Part shown: positions 63,749 to 64,000 of the stretch, one piece after another
Position numbering within the stretch: position 1 is the stretch's first letter
Layout: the number at the start of each line of letters is the position of its first letter
Assembly: GCA_963755715.1 (NCBI GenBank)
Contig: CAVWLW010000073.1
Coordinates: 1-64,000 of the forward strand
Direction: 5' to 3'
DNA: 64,000 nucleotides
Source: an uncultured delta proteobacterium
GTDB taxonomy: Bacteria > Desulfobacterota > Binatia > UBA9968
Program-made: the position numbers and the translations under genes
Notes under the pieces: model-generated
Seen by the model: the letters and a program-made list of their open reading frames with translations, nothing else
The model's database searches: none
Told to the model about the DNA's origin: nothing

Positions 63749-64000
63749 ATGAGCAGAAATTTGCGACTCATTATTATGGGCATACTGGGACGAACGCCGT
63801 TAGCAGGAGTGTCGTGGCAGGTCTTGCATTTTCTTGAAGGCTTCCGACGGCTGGGGTACGACGTTTACTATATCGAGGATACTGGAGGCTGGGCGTATAA
63901 TCCTCTGCAGAAGACACACGGCAATGGGTCCGAAAATACCCATGCTAGCAACTGCCAATACGCCGTCAATTATGTGGCCAAACTCATGTCTTCGTTCGGC
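63749..64000 (+). CDS. Paralogous glycosyltransferase-like protein, runs off the window edge
   Basis: MSRNLRLIIMGILGRTPLAGVSWQVLHFLEGFRRLGYDVYYIED resembles the N-terminus of the preceding gene. Confidence 0.6.
   Translation, partial: MSRNLRLIIMGILGRTPLAGVSWQVLHFLEGFRRLGYDVYYIEDTGGWAYNPLQKTHGNGSENTHASNCQYAVNYVAKLMSSFG

Noticed and set aside
1-64000. CRISPR arrays, tRNA/rRNA, IS elements, and the many long antisense ORFs
   Set aside because: No regularly spaced repeats, RNA-gene signatures or transposase motifs seen; antisense ORFs are high-GC shadows of real genes

Overview
GC-rich bacterial window; the gene content (many orphan solute-binding proteins, LLM oxidoreductases, amidohydrolases) resembles Candidatus Binatia/Deltaproteobacteria, which is an inference. 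Two phosphate-starvation blocks are present. Block 1 (1-7.1 kb) has an AP-superfamily secreted protein, ppk1 and two decayed phosphatase genes. Block 2 (39.5-48.9 kb) has a phytase-like esterase, GDPD, GT4, a PLP enzyme/Mpo1 fusion, a PEMT-like methyltransferase and PAP2. Nine 11-bp-periodic Pho-box-like arrays tie these blocks together, and seven have a -10-like hexamer exactly 10 nt downstream. The best candidate for an undescribed system is the Pho-boxed operon GT4 -> HemL-like aminotransferase/aminomutase fused to an Mpo1-like dioxygenase domain -> plant-PLMT-like N-methyltransferase, a possible route to a phosphorus-free amino/betaine-type lipid. A duplicated hairpin followed by a small hydrophobic ORF flanks the first phosphatase. 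The middle of the window is a catabolic/transport region. The right end is a more AT-rich glycan-synthesis locus with a sigma54-type promoter. Roughly 15 single-base frameshifts suggest sequencing indels. I saw no rRNA, tRNA, CRISPR array or transposase.
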